Below, piece after piece: positions 17,273 to 28,078 of a stretch of DNA of 64,000 bases (the stretch's first letter is position 1; every line of letters begins with the position of its first letter). The position numbers were made by a program, and so were the translations under genes. The notes beneath the pieces are model-generated. The model searched no databases. It saw only the letters and a list, made by a program, of their open reading frames with translations, and had not been told where the DNA came from. This stretch comes from Blasia pusilla (taxonomy: Eukaryota): the NCBI GenBank assembly GCA_050084515.1, contig CM114271.1, positions 6,386,001 through 6,450,000 of the forward strand, in the 5' to 3' direction.

Positions 17273-18009
17273 GGGCACTACGCGTTGTTGTGGTATTTGC
17301 TCCCAGCGTAGAGAGAGAAATCGACGAAGGGCTGCAAATCGAAACATTCTGGTGAAGTAGAAGTCCTCGCCCCCTCGCCCCAGAGTCACACTTCCTCTGC
17401 GATGCCTGACCTACCCCCTTCGCGTCCTGCGATTCCAGGAGCAGAGGAGCTAAATCCTAAATCCTAAATCCACCCATGGGCCGCGCGCTCCTTCAGCAAC
17501 AGCTGAGAATTACCCGCATCACTCTGATGTACTTCACGTGCAGCTGAAGAAAGAAGCAGAGCCACAGAATGGGCTCCATCTCAGGGACGCTGAAGCGGGA
17601 GGAGCAGTAACCGCTCACTCTCCGCTTGTGCAGATCTTCTAAACTCCGAATCTCGCCCCACTTTCCGTGACGCCGATCTACAGCCACGAAATCCACAGGA
17701 AGAAGCGATCAGTGGCACGACGGGAAACGGCTGAGGCCGGAAACTCTCTCACGCTCACATGCGGAAGCGGGTCAGAGCGAGAAAGCCATCATCAAATTGC
17801 GGATGAAGATGCACCAAAAGCATTCCGGTGAGAACAGGAGCAGAATAGTCATAAAGGCCATCGATCACTCTCCCTCCCTCTTCTCCAACGGCTCCTGCTC
17901 CTGCTGCTACCGCAGAAATCCTCGCGAGCTCACTCACAATCCTCGCCTCTGCAGCGGATAAGACTCCATAAGCTCGAGTGGAGTGCTCGCACCACCACCT
18001 TCTTCCCAT
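17273..18009 (-). CDS. Candidate 5' exons of the CPBP-like gene: 17969-17938 (or 18009-17759), 17677-17619, 17543-17514, 17331-17273
   Basis: A chain of GT-AG sites (ATT|GTGAGT or CAT|GTGAGC, CTGTAG|, AGA|GTGAGC, TTCAG|, CGG|GTAATT, TTGCAG|, CCC|GTGCGT, GGGTAG|) stays in phase into the 17142 exon. No homology support for the encoded N-terminus. Confidence 0.4.
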
Positions 18010-18182
18010 TCGTTCGAGATGGGGTTTTTTTTTCCTAAAAGGGTACTTTTAGGGCATTAATTAATTATAAATAAATAAATATCTTTATCTTTTATAGGCC
18101 AATCAATGACAAACACCTATCCTTAGAGTGGTCTCTTATTGCCACATTGAGGTATACTGTTAGCTAAAGGATCAAGAGAGGA

Positions 18183-18328
18183 CTAGTATTCATCCCTTGG
18201 AGTGAAGGGATTAATGATGCTCCACACAAATTAAATTATTAATTTTTTCATAGCATTGGAAAATATTTTCTTTCTGCCATCCATACTTATGTTTGCAAAT
18301 GAAGAAGGCACTCCCCAATAATAATAGA
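18183..18328 (-). mobile_element. Non-autonomous mini-Helitron (family also at 21040-21204 and 34232-34391; 5' fragment at ~14082-14154)
   Basis: On the minus strand it starts TCTATTATTATTGGGGAGTGCCTTCTTCATTTGCAAAC and ends CTAG|T. A 7-bp hairpin ATCCCTT/AAGGGAT lies just inside the 3' end. Confidence 0.65.
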
Positions 18329-19563
18329 AATTGGGTGGGTTAGGGAAACTGTCTTTTTGACACTCGTCACAGCTCTTATAACATGTGCACTTGACGTTGA
18401 TACTTGTCAAAGCTCTTATGATGTAGACACATGTTTAAGGAGTACTTAAATTAAAAGGACCAAAGACTTCACGGTTATCAAATTTTTTTTCCCTCACATG
18501 TGCATAGTACATGCATCATCTAGTGTCTTATGAGTTGGTTGGCCATATCTAACTTATCTAGAGCAAACATTTACATCTTTTTATAAGCTTTCACTAGTTC
18601 TAATAATGGAAGAAATTTTTTTCCTCGTAGAGTTTCACTTTCTTCTCTTAAAATTTGATTAGAGATATATTTCTCCCAATTCATTTGGGGCTCATAATTG
18701 GGGTCAGGGGTAATGAATTGAAGCATTCCACATTAAAGTGTGGAGTGTATTATACAACCGATTACTTAGTTGCTGACAGAGGAAGCGGAGAGAAGCCTCT
18801 ACTTTTGGTAGGACTACTTTAAGGATCGCCTTATAAGTTTTGTAGTGTCTAATACAATGATCAACGTCATAGTATTCAATTTGTTGTACAATCCAAAAAT
18901 ATCACGATTTTTTTCTGTACATCACATGGGTATCTTTTTTACTTATACTCTTGGAAAATTTGTTACTTACTAGCCCCTAAGGATAAAATGACATGGAGAA
19001 TTCAAAATTTTACTTTTTTCCCCTATGGCCCTAGCAAGAAGCACAGTAGCCCCATGGGCCCTATCAAGCAAAAGATGTGCTTGAAGTGTGAGGAGTTTTG
19101 GTCATGTGGATGCCTCTAGGATGATACAAGGCAAGCTATCTGCTTGGCAACAAAAAATTTACGCAAGTCTTCATGGAGGATAAAAAAATGATATTGGATG
19201 ATGTCATTTTTTTCTTTCATTGAATTGGATAATAATCTTGGGTCCTTTCTAAGATGTGTTGAAATATGTTAAGCTAAGTTGTTAAACTTCACGAAAAGTG
19301 CAATGTGCACGGTTACGTATTTACTATAAAACTCATGTTCCATCCAACATCACATTACTAATCTATACCCTTTGCAAAAAAGAAGAAGAATGTTACATGT
19401 ACATCTTTTGAATTTTTTTGTTTGGAAAAAAAAAACTAGTGTAGAGCACATGCCATGTGAGGAGTTAATAGTTATGTCTCCTATTACGGTATTTTCTTGC
19501 TTTCTTTGTCAGGAAGTTTTTTCTTACCTACTCAAGTACCACGAGTCAATCAAGGAGGATAAA

Positions 19564-19618
19564 TTTATAAATATAATCTATCTATAAATGCTATTATTAG
19601 ATAGATTATATTTATAAA
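19564..19618. repeat. Perfect 21-bp inverted repeat with 13-nt loop
   Basis: TTTATAAATATAATCTATCTA ... TAGATAGATTATATTTATAAA. Confidence 0.9.
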
Positions 19619-20311
19619 AGTGGAATGAGGAGTTTCTTTCTAAAATGTTTCTTTCTTTGTGAACTATTTTATATTATAATTGGAAGAGGGTGCTGCAACA
19701 ATGGATAGAAAAAAATACGAAAAAGATGTCAACGCAACCACATATCATTACACTTATCTTAAGAGTCTTAGCTTCCTTGGCCTAAATTACATGAGTATGA
19801 TATGCCAAAGGCAATGGAGAAAATTCAATGCCTAATTGGATATTTAATTGGTAATGATCGCATGGTTCCTTGATTTTGGATCGAATAATGACATCTCCAA
19901 CTAATTATATATGGTTGAAAGAAACTTGTTCCTTGCAAAATAGTTAAGAGATATGCATATACTTATTCCTATATGATATGTTAGGAGATTATTTACTTTA
20001 TTGATTTGACTGATAAGAGCATTATGTCATTGGAAAATATGAGTCATTTGTAATGTTCGCTAAAGTTTGCAATTTCTAAAATAAAGCATTCTCTAGATAT
20101 ATGAGATATGAGTCAAAAATCCTATATTTGTTTTTCACATCTTATAAATCTAATGGCATAGAAGTATTTTACAATGCAAAGTTAGAAGGAGGTCAAAATT
20201 GGATTTTGTGGTCGTTTATTCGGTAAGGGGTTGCATCAATTTGCTATAGGAACTCGTCAAATATAGGAAATGAATTATTTTTTACTGACCTAACACACAA
20301 CCAATTACACA

Positions 20312-20313
<2 letters not shown>

Positions 20314-20355
<42 letters not shown>
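20314..20355. repeat. (GA)n microsatellite
   Basis: About 21 uninterrupted GA units. Confidence 0.98.
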
Positions 20356-20358
<3 letters not shown>

Positions 20359-21039
20359 TGAATGTACCAATGATTTCTACTCTAACTAAATAGTTATTGT
20401 ATTAACATCCCTTTTAAAGCTCATATTTGATAGAGCTTAAAATATATAAAATTCATTCATTTCTAACCTTTGTTTTGGGTAATATACATACAAAAATATT
20501 AAAATCTCAAACTTTTCCTAAAAGAAAACTTCTATGAAGGCATCACCAATGTGATCTTTCATATTCACACACTTAAAATGTATCTTTCTTGCTAACACTT
20601 TTTGATGAAACAAGACTGAGTAATAATGCATCTTTATGTGTTTAATCCTAACAATAAATATAGAATTATTAGCCAGCTTCATGCCACCTATAGATTGGAG
20701 AATCGGCTGGCCAAAATCTACATAAAACTACGCCAAGTTCATGCGCTTAATTTGAAACTCCTCTTTGCTCCCCCTTCATGGAAATGCCATGATTATGAGT
20801 TTATTTCTTAACTTGAGATTGACATATACACTCCCAAAATTAAATAAATGACATGTCGTAGAGAAAATACCCGCTCAATTTGGATGTGTCAAGCCATAAA
20901 GATCAAAATCTAATGTCCATGTGAAGTCAAGTCCAAACCTAGTACATATATTATATGCTTTATTATTTTGAAGTTTTTTCTCTCACTACTACATTTAGCG
21001 GCACAAACATGATTGTGGGGATTCTCTAGAAGGTGCAAA

Positions 21040-21204
21040 TCTATGTTATTATGGGAGAACGCCTTCTTGATTTGCAAACACCTCTCTGTTTGACACGTGG
21101 CAATTGGGAGCAAGAAAATGTTTCACATGCTACAGACAGCAAGGAAAAAGTCTGAATTTGTCTGTAACATCATTAATCCCTTCCCTTCACGAGCTATACA
21201 CTAA
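21040..21204 (+). mobile_element. Non-autonomous mini-Helitron copy
   Basis: A|TCTATGTTATTATGGGAGAACGCCTTCTTGATTTGCAAACACC...GCAAGAAAATGTTTC...CTAA is colinear with the reverse complement of 34232-34391. Confidence 0.65.
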
Positions 21205-23005
21205 CAAAAACTCTTCAAACACTTTTTTTATTTCCTGTGCATCGCACGGACACCTTACTAGTAACTACAAAATAGCGCACATGAATTTGCATCTCTCATG
21301 CAATCTCAAACCCCAATTTTTGGACATCTACGCAATACCAAAATTCATTTAATTATTTACAGTTGTCGAACCTTTTGAAACTTGTAAATGGGGTTTTTTG
21401 GGTCATTCTCTCTCTCTTGGAATGTTTTGAATTTTGTGGGGCTATTGAAACTTTCAATGCAAGCTTGCAAACTTATATTTATAGAGGAAATAACACGTTG
21501 GATATCACACAAAATTAAAATCTTGTGTGATATCCAAAAATGGAGAAATATTTGTAAAGGTGTGAAATATCTTTTACAAGGGTGGCTTGCTTGTAGATCT
21601 CCATAGATATCCTTTATCATCTATATTACTATGCATATGGCGGACTACATACTAGCTACATCCTTGGGTACCACTAAATTGAAGACTAGCACATACTATC
21701 TATTAGTGATCTTCAATCTAAAGTGCAACAACGTTGATGGGATGACCAAGATTGACTTCACCGTTGTAGTAGTGAAAAGCTACTCACACACCACTCTTAT
21801 GAATATCCTCTCAATGTTTGGTCTCTGAGACCCATTTTTTATCCTTGTCTTTGTAGGCCGGATTTATATTTGACTCCTTGTATTGCTTGTTCGTTTATGA
21901 AAGAAACTCACATATTGAGATGCAACATCTTGTGCTATACAAGGTTCGCTCTTCGGATTTGTGGGCCAGTTGGTTGATGGATTGGATCTGCTCCTTTATA
22001 ATTGTTACCCCATTGGGTTTGGGTATGCTATATTCTAGGATTAAAATATTAGTAAGTGTTCTAAAAATATTCCATAAGCATCTTCAAAGATTGAATACCA
22101 TAATAACATAGAACGAAGAGGGTTAATAGGACATACATGATTATAGTCTCATATGCAAAAGATTCCAAGAAAACCCTAGAAGGAAAAGTGTTTCATTGAC
22201 TCCACATGAGAAAGATGACTCTAAATAGCATCAACTCTCCTTTTATACTCTTAAGAAGAGCCTAAAGAGTCCTGCTGCTACATTTGACAAGATATATAAA
22301 ATCATGAACCATTCATTTGGTTATGAGGGTCACAAAAATGAGGGCGGGCCCATCTACTCCTTCACGTTGGGGCACGTGTCCACTACCTTGATAGGTGCAA
22401 TTGTGTTGATGATGGGCTCCACCACATACCCAACAAATAGCTCCAGGCACATGCTGCTGACCTGCATATGATGGCATGGGTCCCTATGGCACGTGCTCAC
22501 GATAACCTCCTTGACATGAGCTCACGGTGACACACTTCTCTCTCAAAATCCACATTGCTACAATGGTGGCGCATGCAGGCGTGATTGCTCTTGCGTGTGA
22601 CTCATGGCTGCTACACTCTTCTCAGCCATGTTATGTTCAATGCACTTCCCCATCTAAAAAACATCTCTTAAGGTAGGTGAGTTACGCATTAGGAGTACCG
22701 CATCCCTCACCCATTTTCGCAGGTCTCGTTCCAACATACCATACCATGCCTAAATAGCTTGGGCCTTTGTCCCCACTTGAGTGACACTAATCAAACGTCG
22801 CATGCGAGTAAATGCCTCCCGCAAACTTTCTCATGTGTGCCTATGGAAGTCGTGGATGCTTTGCAACTTCTCAATCCGTACCCCTTGGTAGGTCCTCCTC
22901 AACTTTGCAAAGAACTCAACCACAGGGTTGAACCTAAGACGAACCCGACTGGAGGATGCAACTGCCCTAATCTGACTCACGCTCACAGACTCTTCCTAGT
23001 GCCAG

Positions 23006-23550
23006 AGAAAGTAGCCTCCTATGGCTCCTCCTCCTCATCCGGAAACGGCTCAATTCATGACATGTACTGGGGGTCATATTAGAGTCTACATGCCTTAATA
23101 TCGGCTGTGTACGTATGGGAGAACTCATGGTAATCCTCCATGGGTGCCCCCTCTAGGTGTTGGAACATACCGCTCCATGATGTAAAAGGGTTGAACTCTC
23201 GAGAGTTCTTTGCCTTACGAGTCACAAAAACTCCTAAACTCTGCAATGAAGTCATGCAACTCTATAGTGCCAAAGGAAGTAGGCTCCCCTAGCTCCTCCT
23301 CACTATCCGGAAATGACTCAGTTCATGACATGTAATGAGGGTCATGTTAGAGTCCCCAGACCTTAATCTCGGCCATGTACCTATGGGAGAACCGAAGGGA
23401 GAACTCATGGTAATTTTCTATGGGTGCCACCTGTAGGTGTTGGAACATCCTATTCCATGATGTAAGAGGGTTGAACTCTCTCGAGTTCCTTGCTATCTAC
23501 GAGTCACAACAACTCCTAAACTCCGCAATGAAGTCATGCAACTCTATAGT
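23006..23550. repeat. Diverged tandem duplication of an ~270-bp unit in decayed repeat DNA
   Basis: Blocks TTCATGACATGTA, TATGGGAGAAC, TAGGTGTTGGAACAT, GGGTTGAACTCTC and GCAATGAAGTCATGCAACTCTATAGT recur in the same order ~270-280 bp apart. Confidence 0.9.
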
Positions 23551-24962
23551 ATCTAGAGCTCTTAAAAACCTAGGTGGTCATCTACCCCGATCATCCATCT
23601 TGTACGCCTAAATGGTAGGACCACTCCGCGTGTGCGGTTATCCATTAACAAACTCCTCTATGCCCTCCCCGTGATCTGAGGACGACATAGAGGGAGGTCA
23701 AGATAGTCCCTCACATGGAGACTCTTGGAACCTTGCGCCACTCTGCATAAAACCTCTAGGGCTACTCTCAAGCACATCACCTCGCTTCTCAAAGTCCCAA
23801 AAGGATGCAATGATGATCCTTGTGCCTCTCACATGATCACTCTCAATCTTGCGAGTAATCCTTCACACTTAACATGCGGCACTCACTCTCCACTACCTCC
23901 TACAGAGATGTGCATAGTTCGGCAACAAGCGACGTGGTGCGAAAAATTGACACTGGTCTACCGTCTTATCGATATAGCATACCCTCAACTCTGGAAATCC
24001 CACATAGGTCTATGTCCCCTAACCACATACATTAGTGATGCTTTGAAAATCCACACAAACCCAAGTATCCCAAATAGCTACCAAATACTTGGAAATCCCT
24101 CACACGTGTAGGGCAAAAGACTAGAATGGGTAACCTGAAAATAATGTAGGTGTCGCTCTCTAGCAACGGAAGACCTCGACCCCAACTCGGTTGTGAAGAC
24201 AAAGTCCTTCAGTTAGCAAGTTGTACTCCTTAATGTTGATAATACTCAAATCAAATCTCCTTGATGTGGGATGTGGATGTAGTAGTACGGTGCGGCTCAG
24301 AACGGCTACGGCTTTAAGGAACCCTATTAAGCTTCTCCTTGATGGCCTCATCACAAGTAGGTCATTGGACTTTCTGAGTCCAATCACTTGCATCATTTGG
24401 TGAAGGGTAAACCCGCCAAGTGCTTCATAAACAATGAAGTTAGAGTTATATAGACCAATGCCATCCCACGTCCTTAAGACATGTCCCCATGAAAAGGTCC
24501 CATGGGTCCTAGACCACGGGCCCTAGTCTTGGTCCAACAAGAACTACTGCCATTTTTAGATGTTTTCCCCAGTGGTTTGGCAATATGTATAAGTTTCAAA
24601 TACAGAAAGAAAGGTTCCCACTTCAACTTTTCCACAATTGATGTAGGAAGAAAAGTATGGCCTGTTCCAAATCCCTCTATCAGAGAGGACGGAAAAACCA
24701 TAGGGTACTATAAATTATGGGAGCTTATGGAATTGCGTAAAGCGCATGTGTAACCCAAGGATCGTCCTTGGTGATTTCGCGCTGCAAATTTTGCGGTGTG
24801 GAAGGACCAAAGACCAGTCTTTTGTCCCTACAATTTTGACCTTTGATGCAAACGATAGAGGACCTCGCGACCAAAAGAAACACTCCATGAGGACATGGTC
24901 TTAAGGGATGATCCCATGGACACAAGCACAGATCGCGGCAACCTATTTTCTGTGCCCAAATC

Positions 24963-27700
24963 TGTCGCGACCCTCATAACCAAACAAGCGCCAAGCGGAA
25001 CATCCGAACTCTAGCGATCTCACGCTAGGATGGTTTGCGCTTTGGGAGTTAAGGAAACACAAGGGCGAGACGTGAGCGAGGCGAGCATTTCGAGTGTTTC
25101 GTGTAATCTGGTCGTGACCAAGAAATCGGAACCAAACACGGTACTCAGACTTGAGAGAATTCAAGTCTTGGAAGAGACGCGGCCAAGGGGTGAAAACCGG
25201 ACTTGAGACGTTGGCAGCGGTTGGGAATTTCCGACTGTACTTTTGACCATAACTTTGAGTCCCAATAAGCGTTTGGGACAAGTAAGGTAGTGTTGGAAAG
25301 CTTCTGTCAAGTCAGTTCCAACGCACCTAAAACCTTTGCAAACGCTTGCGCGAAAGTTGAGATATGGGCCAAATCCGACTATAAGAGGAGTCGGGTTGAG
25401 GGCCAAAAAGAGGGGCCCGGGTGGTCTTTCCCAAAGGTAGGGGGACCCCGGAGTTTCCCAGAAGTACTAGTAAGAGGGAAGGTCTCCAAGAGTGCTTGGG
25501 ACTCGAACTCCACTTTGGGCGCCGCGGGGCGACCCAAGGGCACGAAACGGATCGTGAGTTTGGTGTTGGGCTTCAAAACCCAAACCAAGTTCAATAGAGG
25601 GATTTCGGAGATCCCTATTGGATTCCAATTTGCGACTCATATGATTGAGTCTCGGTTAGGGTCTCATGCATGGTCCGTTGGACAGTTGGGACCGCTAGGC
25701 ACGCAAACGCCGTTTCAGGTGCCTGGACTAACTAGAAAGTATGTCCCAAGTCTCGGAAGACTTGCCTGTGTTGGGAACCTAGGAATGAGGGAAGGTTGAG
25801 CTTGATGAGATGCCGGGTTGAGGACTTGGTGGGTTGGAAGGCCGCTTGACCCAAAGCCAGACTAATGTGAGTGCGTTTGGGTGGAGGTTGGCGATGAGAG
25901 CGTGTCCTAGTGAACGTACGCTTCCGCAACACTAAGATTGACATTCAAGGAGAGTAGGCGCACGACATGTGGTATCAGAGCTAATCCTTGGTGAGTGAGA
26001 ACTTGGGGTTGTGGGAGTAACCGGACGCTTGGGGAAAACCCGAGGTAGCGTTGAGACTTAGACGCTCGAGGAGGGATGCAAGAAATGAGGAGGAGATATG
26101 AGTGTGGCGGCTTGAAGATAGCAAGCGAGGTAGATGAACCACGGAAACGCCGAGCCAAGCGACGCAAACCATAGGACGAACCGATGCCAGATCGGGAGCC
26201 GTTGGAGGAGACGCCGACTCTCGAGATGCCGAATATTAGACATGAGGGTGTCCCAAACGTAGACCCTCTTGCGGAGCCAATGGCCCCAAACTCAAGTGAG
26301 CCGGCCTTCTACGTCCAGATGGTGGATTATATGAAGATGATGACCAAACAAGTCCTCATGCAAAACAAGCGGATTGCAGAGCTTGAGTCGGACAGAGCTC
26401 CAAGTTCTAGCAAAAAGCTCTGCAAGACAAACCTGCCCACGCCATTCACCAGAGTCGCAAGGTGAAAGATTTCCTTATGGAGATGGAATATTACTTCGAG
26501 CTGCAGAGGGCAACATAACAAGATAAGGTGGCAATGGCGGTCACCTTTCTAAAGGATCATGCGCTTCAGTGGTGGACAGCGCAACGGGAAGAATATCTAG
26601 CCGACCTTCACCTCTGAGTTGGGAGGAGTTCAAGACGCTGATTGGTGACCGATTCACCCCGGAGTTCCAAGAGATTCGCAATAGAGTAGAGCTTGTGCGA
26701 CTACGGCAGACTGGGCCCTTAAGCGCATATGTGAGGGAGTTCAGCGCAAAGTTGAACTCCATTCATAAGATGGATGAGGCATCGTAGATAGAGATCTTCA
26801 TCGGTGGACTCAAACCGAGCGTAGAGAAGGCCCTGTACAGAATGCCTGAGTTTCCTAACACCTGCGTGGAGCTTTTGAGGTTGGCGGAGCGGATTGGGGA
26901 CGATGAGGTCCAAGCACCGAAGCCCTTGGAGACAAAAACTTTTTCCAAAGGTTTGAAAAACAAAGGGGCACCCAAGAGGGTCTAGATTGGGGTTGAGCGG
27001 GACCAAGGAGAGTCTCTCAACCCAACAAAAAAGTGACAAGAACGCCTTGCTAAGCCGAAGGGAGCACAACATCCGAAGTCAAGAAACGGCAAGGTGGTAT
27101 GCTACAACTGTGGCTAACATGGGCACATGGCGAAAGGATGCTCCAAACCGAAGGTTAGTAATGGGAGTATGATTGTGTTAGCTGCTAAACACTTGTCGGC
27201 GGGAGGTTTGGAGACCTCCCTTCAAGTCATCAAGAGGACGCCCAACTTGGTGTATCTAAGATCCAAGATTGCTGATCGCGATGTGCTGTTGCTCGTGGAT
27301 ATAGGTGCTTTGCACTCCTTCCTAAGCCCGAGAATCGTGAAGGAGTTGGGTGTGTCAACCTCTAAGGCGGAAGAGCCCATTCGAGTAGGCTTTGCCGGAG
27401 GCAAGTCTCAACGAACTTCCGAGTTGGTATTGGGTTTGACGATAAGATGTGGAGTATTCGAGTTGAAGGAGAATTTCACGGTGTGCGAGATGGATGGCAT
27501 CGACGGAGTCTTGGGGAACACATTCCTGGATGCGTATGAGGTGGAGCTAAGGCGAAGGCCATCGAGGTTGAGCGTCTTAGTGAAAAGCAAACGATAATCT
27601 TAGTAAATTGGCGACCCTGCACGCATGGAATCAAGCCCTTAGGGGTTAATATGATGCCTTAGAAAGGGGTCACATCAACTAGGTACTTCCTAATGGGGAC
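24963..27700 (+). mobile_element. 3'-truncated Ty3/gypsy element: 5' LTR 24963-25967, PBS 25970-25981, decayed gag and protease
   Basis: LTR ends TGTCGCG...GCACGACA followed by PBS TGGTATCAGAGC (tRNA-iMet). Gag motifs are FLKDHALQWW and WEEFKTLIGDRF...LRQTGPLSAYVREF, with a CYNCG*HGHMAKGC knuckle and protease LVDIGALHSF. No RT or 3' LTR follows. Confidence 0.9.
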
Positions 27701-28078
27701 ACTCAATACCTAAGGTTTAAGCAATAGTTCTACCTCTCTCAAGCCTTTTTCTCCTCGTTGGAAGAAAAAGGGACCACGTTTTCTTTTTCAAATTGCATAT
27801 TAAAAAAAGAAACCAAAAAGACACACATACCACACTACGGGATTTTGGAGCGCCGAGTATGGACGTCGGAGAGCGCAATTGAGACGCCCCAATAATCACA
27901 TGAACTTCCGCTTTAGACGTATTGGAGTCATGAGCAGAGAAGCAGATTCGTCGCGTTTCATCTGTAATCCTTCATTTGGTTTGCGAAGATCTATCAATCT
28001 GCTCTTATGTGTTGTGGGCCGTGATCAAATTGGCTCAGTGGCGGGCAGGGAGAGGCGTGAGAGAGCACTGGAGGTGCC

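Noticed and set aside
17143-17331. Two in-frame TAG codons (17145, 17280) upstream of the CPBP-like ORF, suggesting read-through or recoding
   Set aside because: The proximal TAG is better explained as a splice acceptor, and other genes in the window use the standard code.
17278-17677. Alternative spliced frame RRHGKWGEIRSLEDLHKRR-LHVKYIRVMR-PFVDF, faintly like a ComEA-type helix-hairpin-helix
   Set aside because: It lacks the GIG hairpin motif and no upstream ATG exon joins in that phase.
24140-24720. Possible transposase fragment on the minus strand
   Set aside because: It looks coding, but I could not identify a diagnostic motif.
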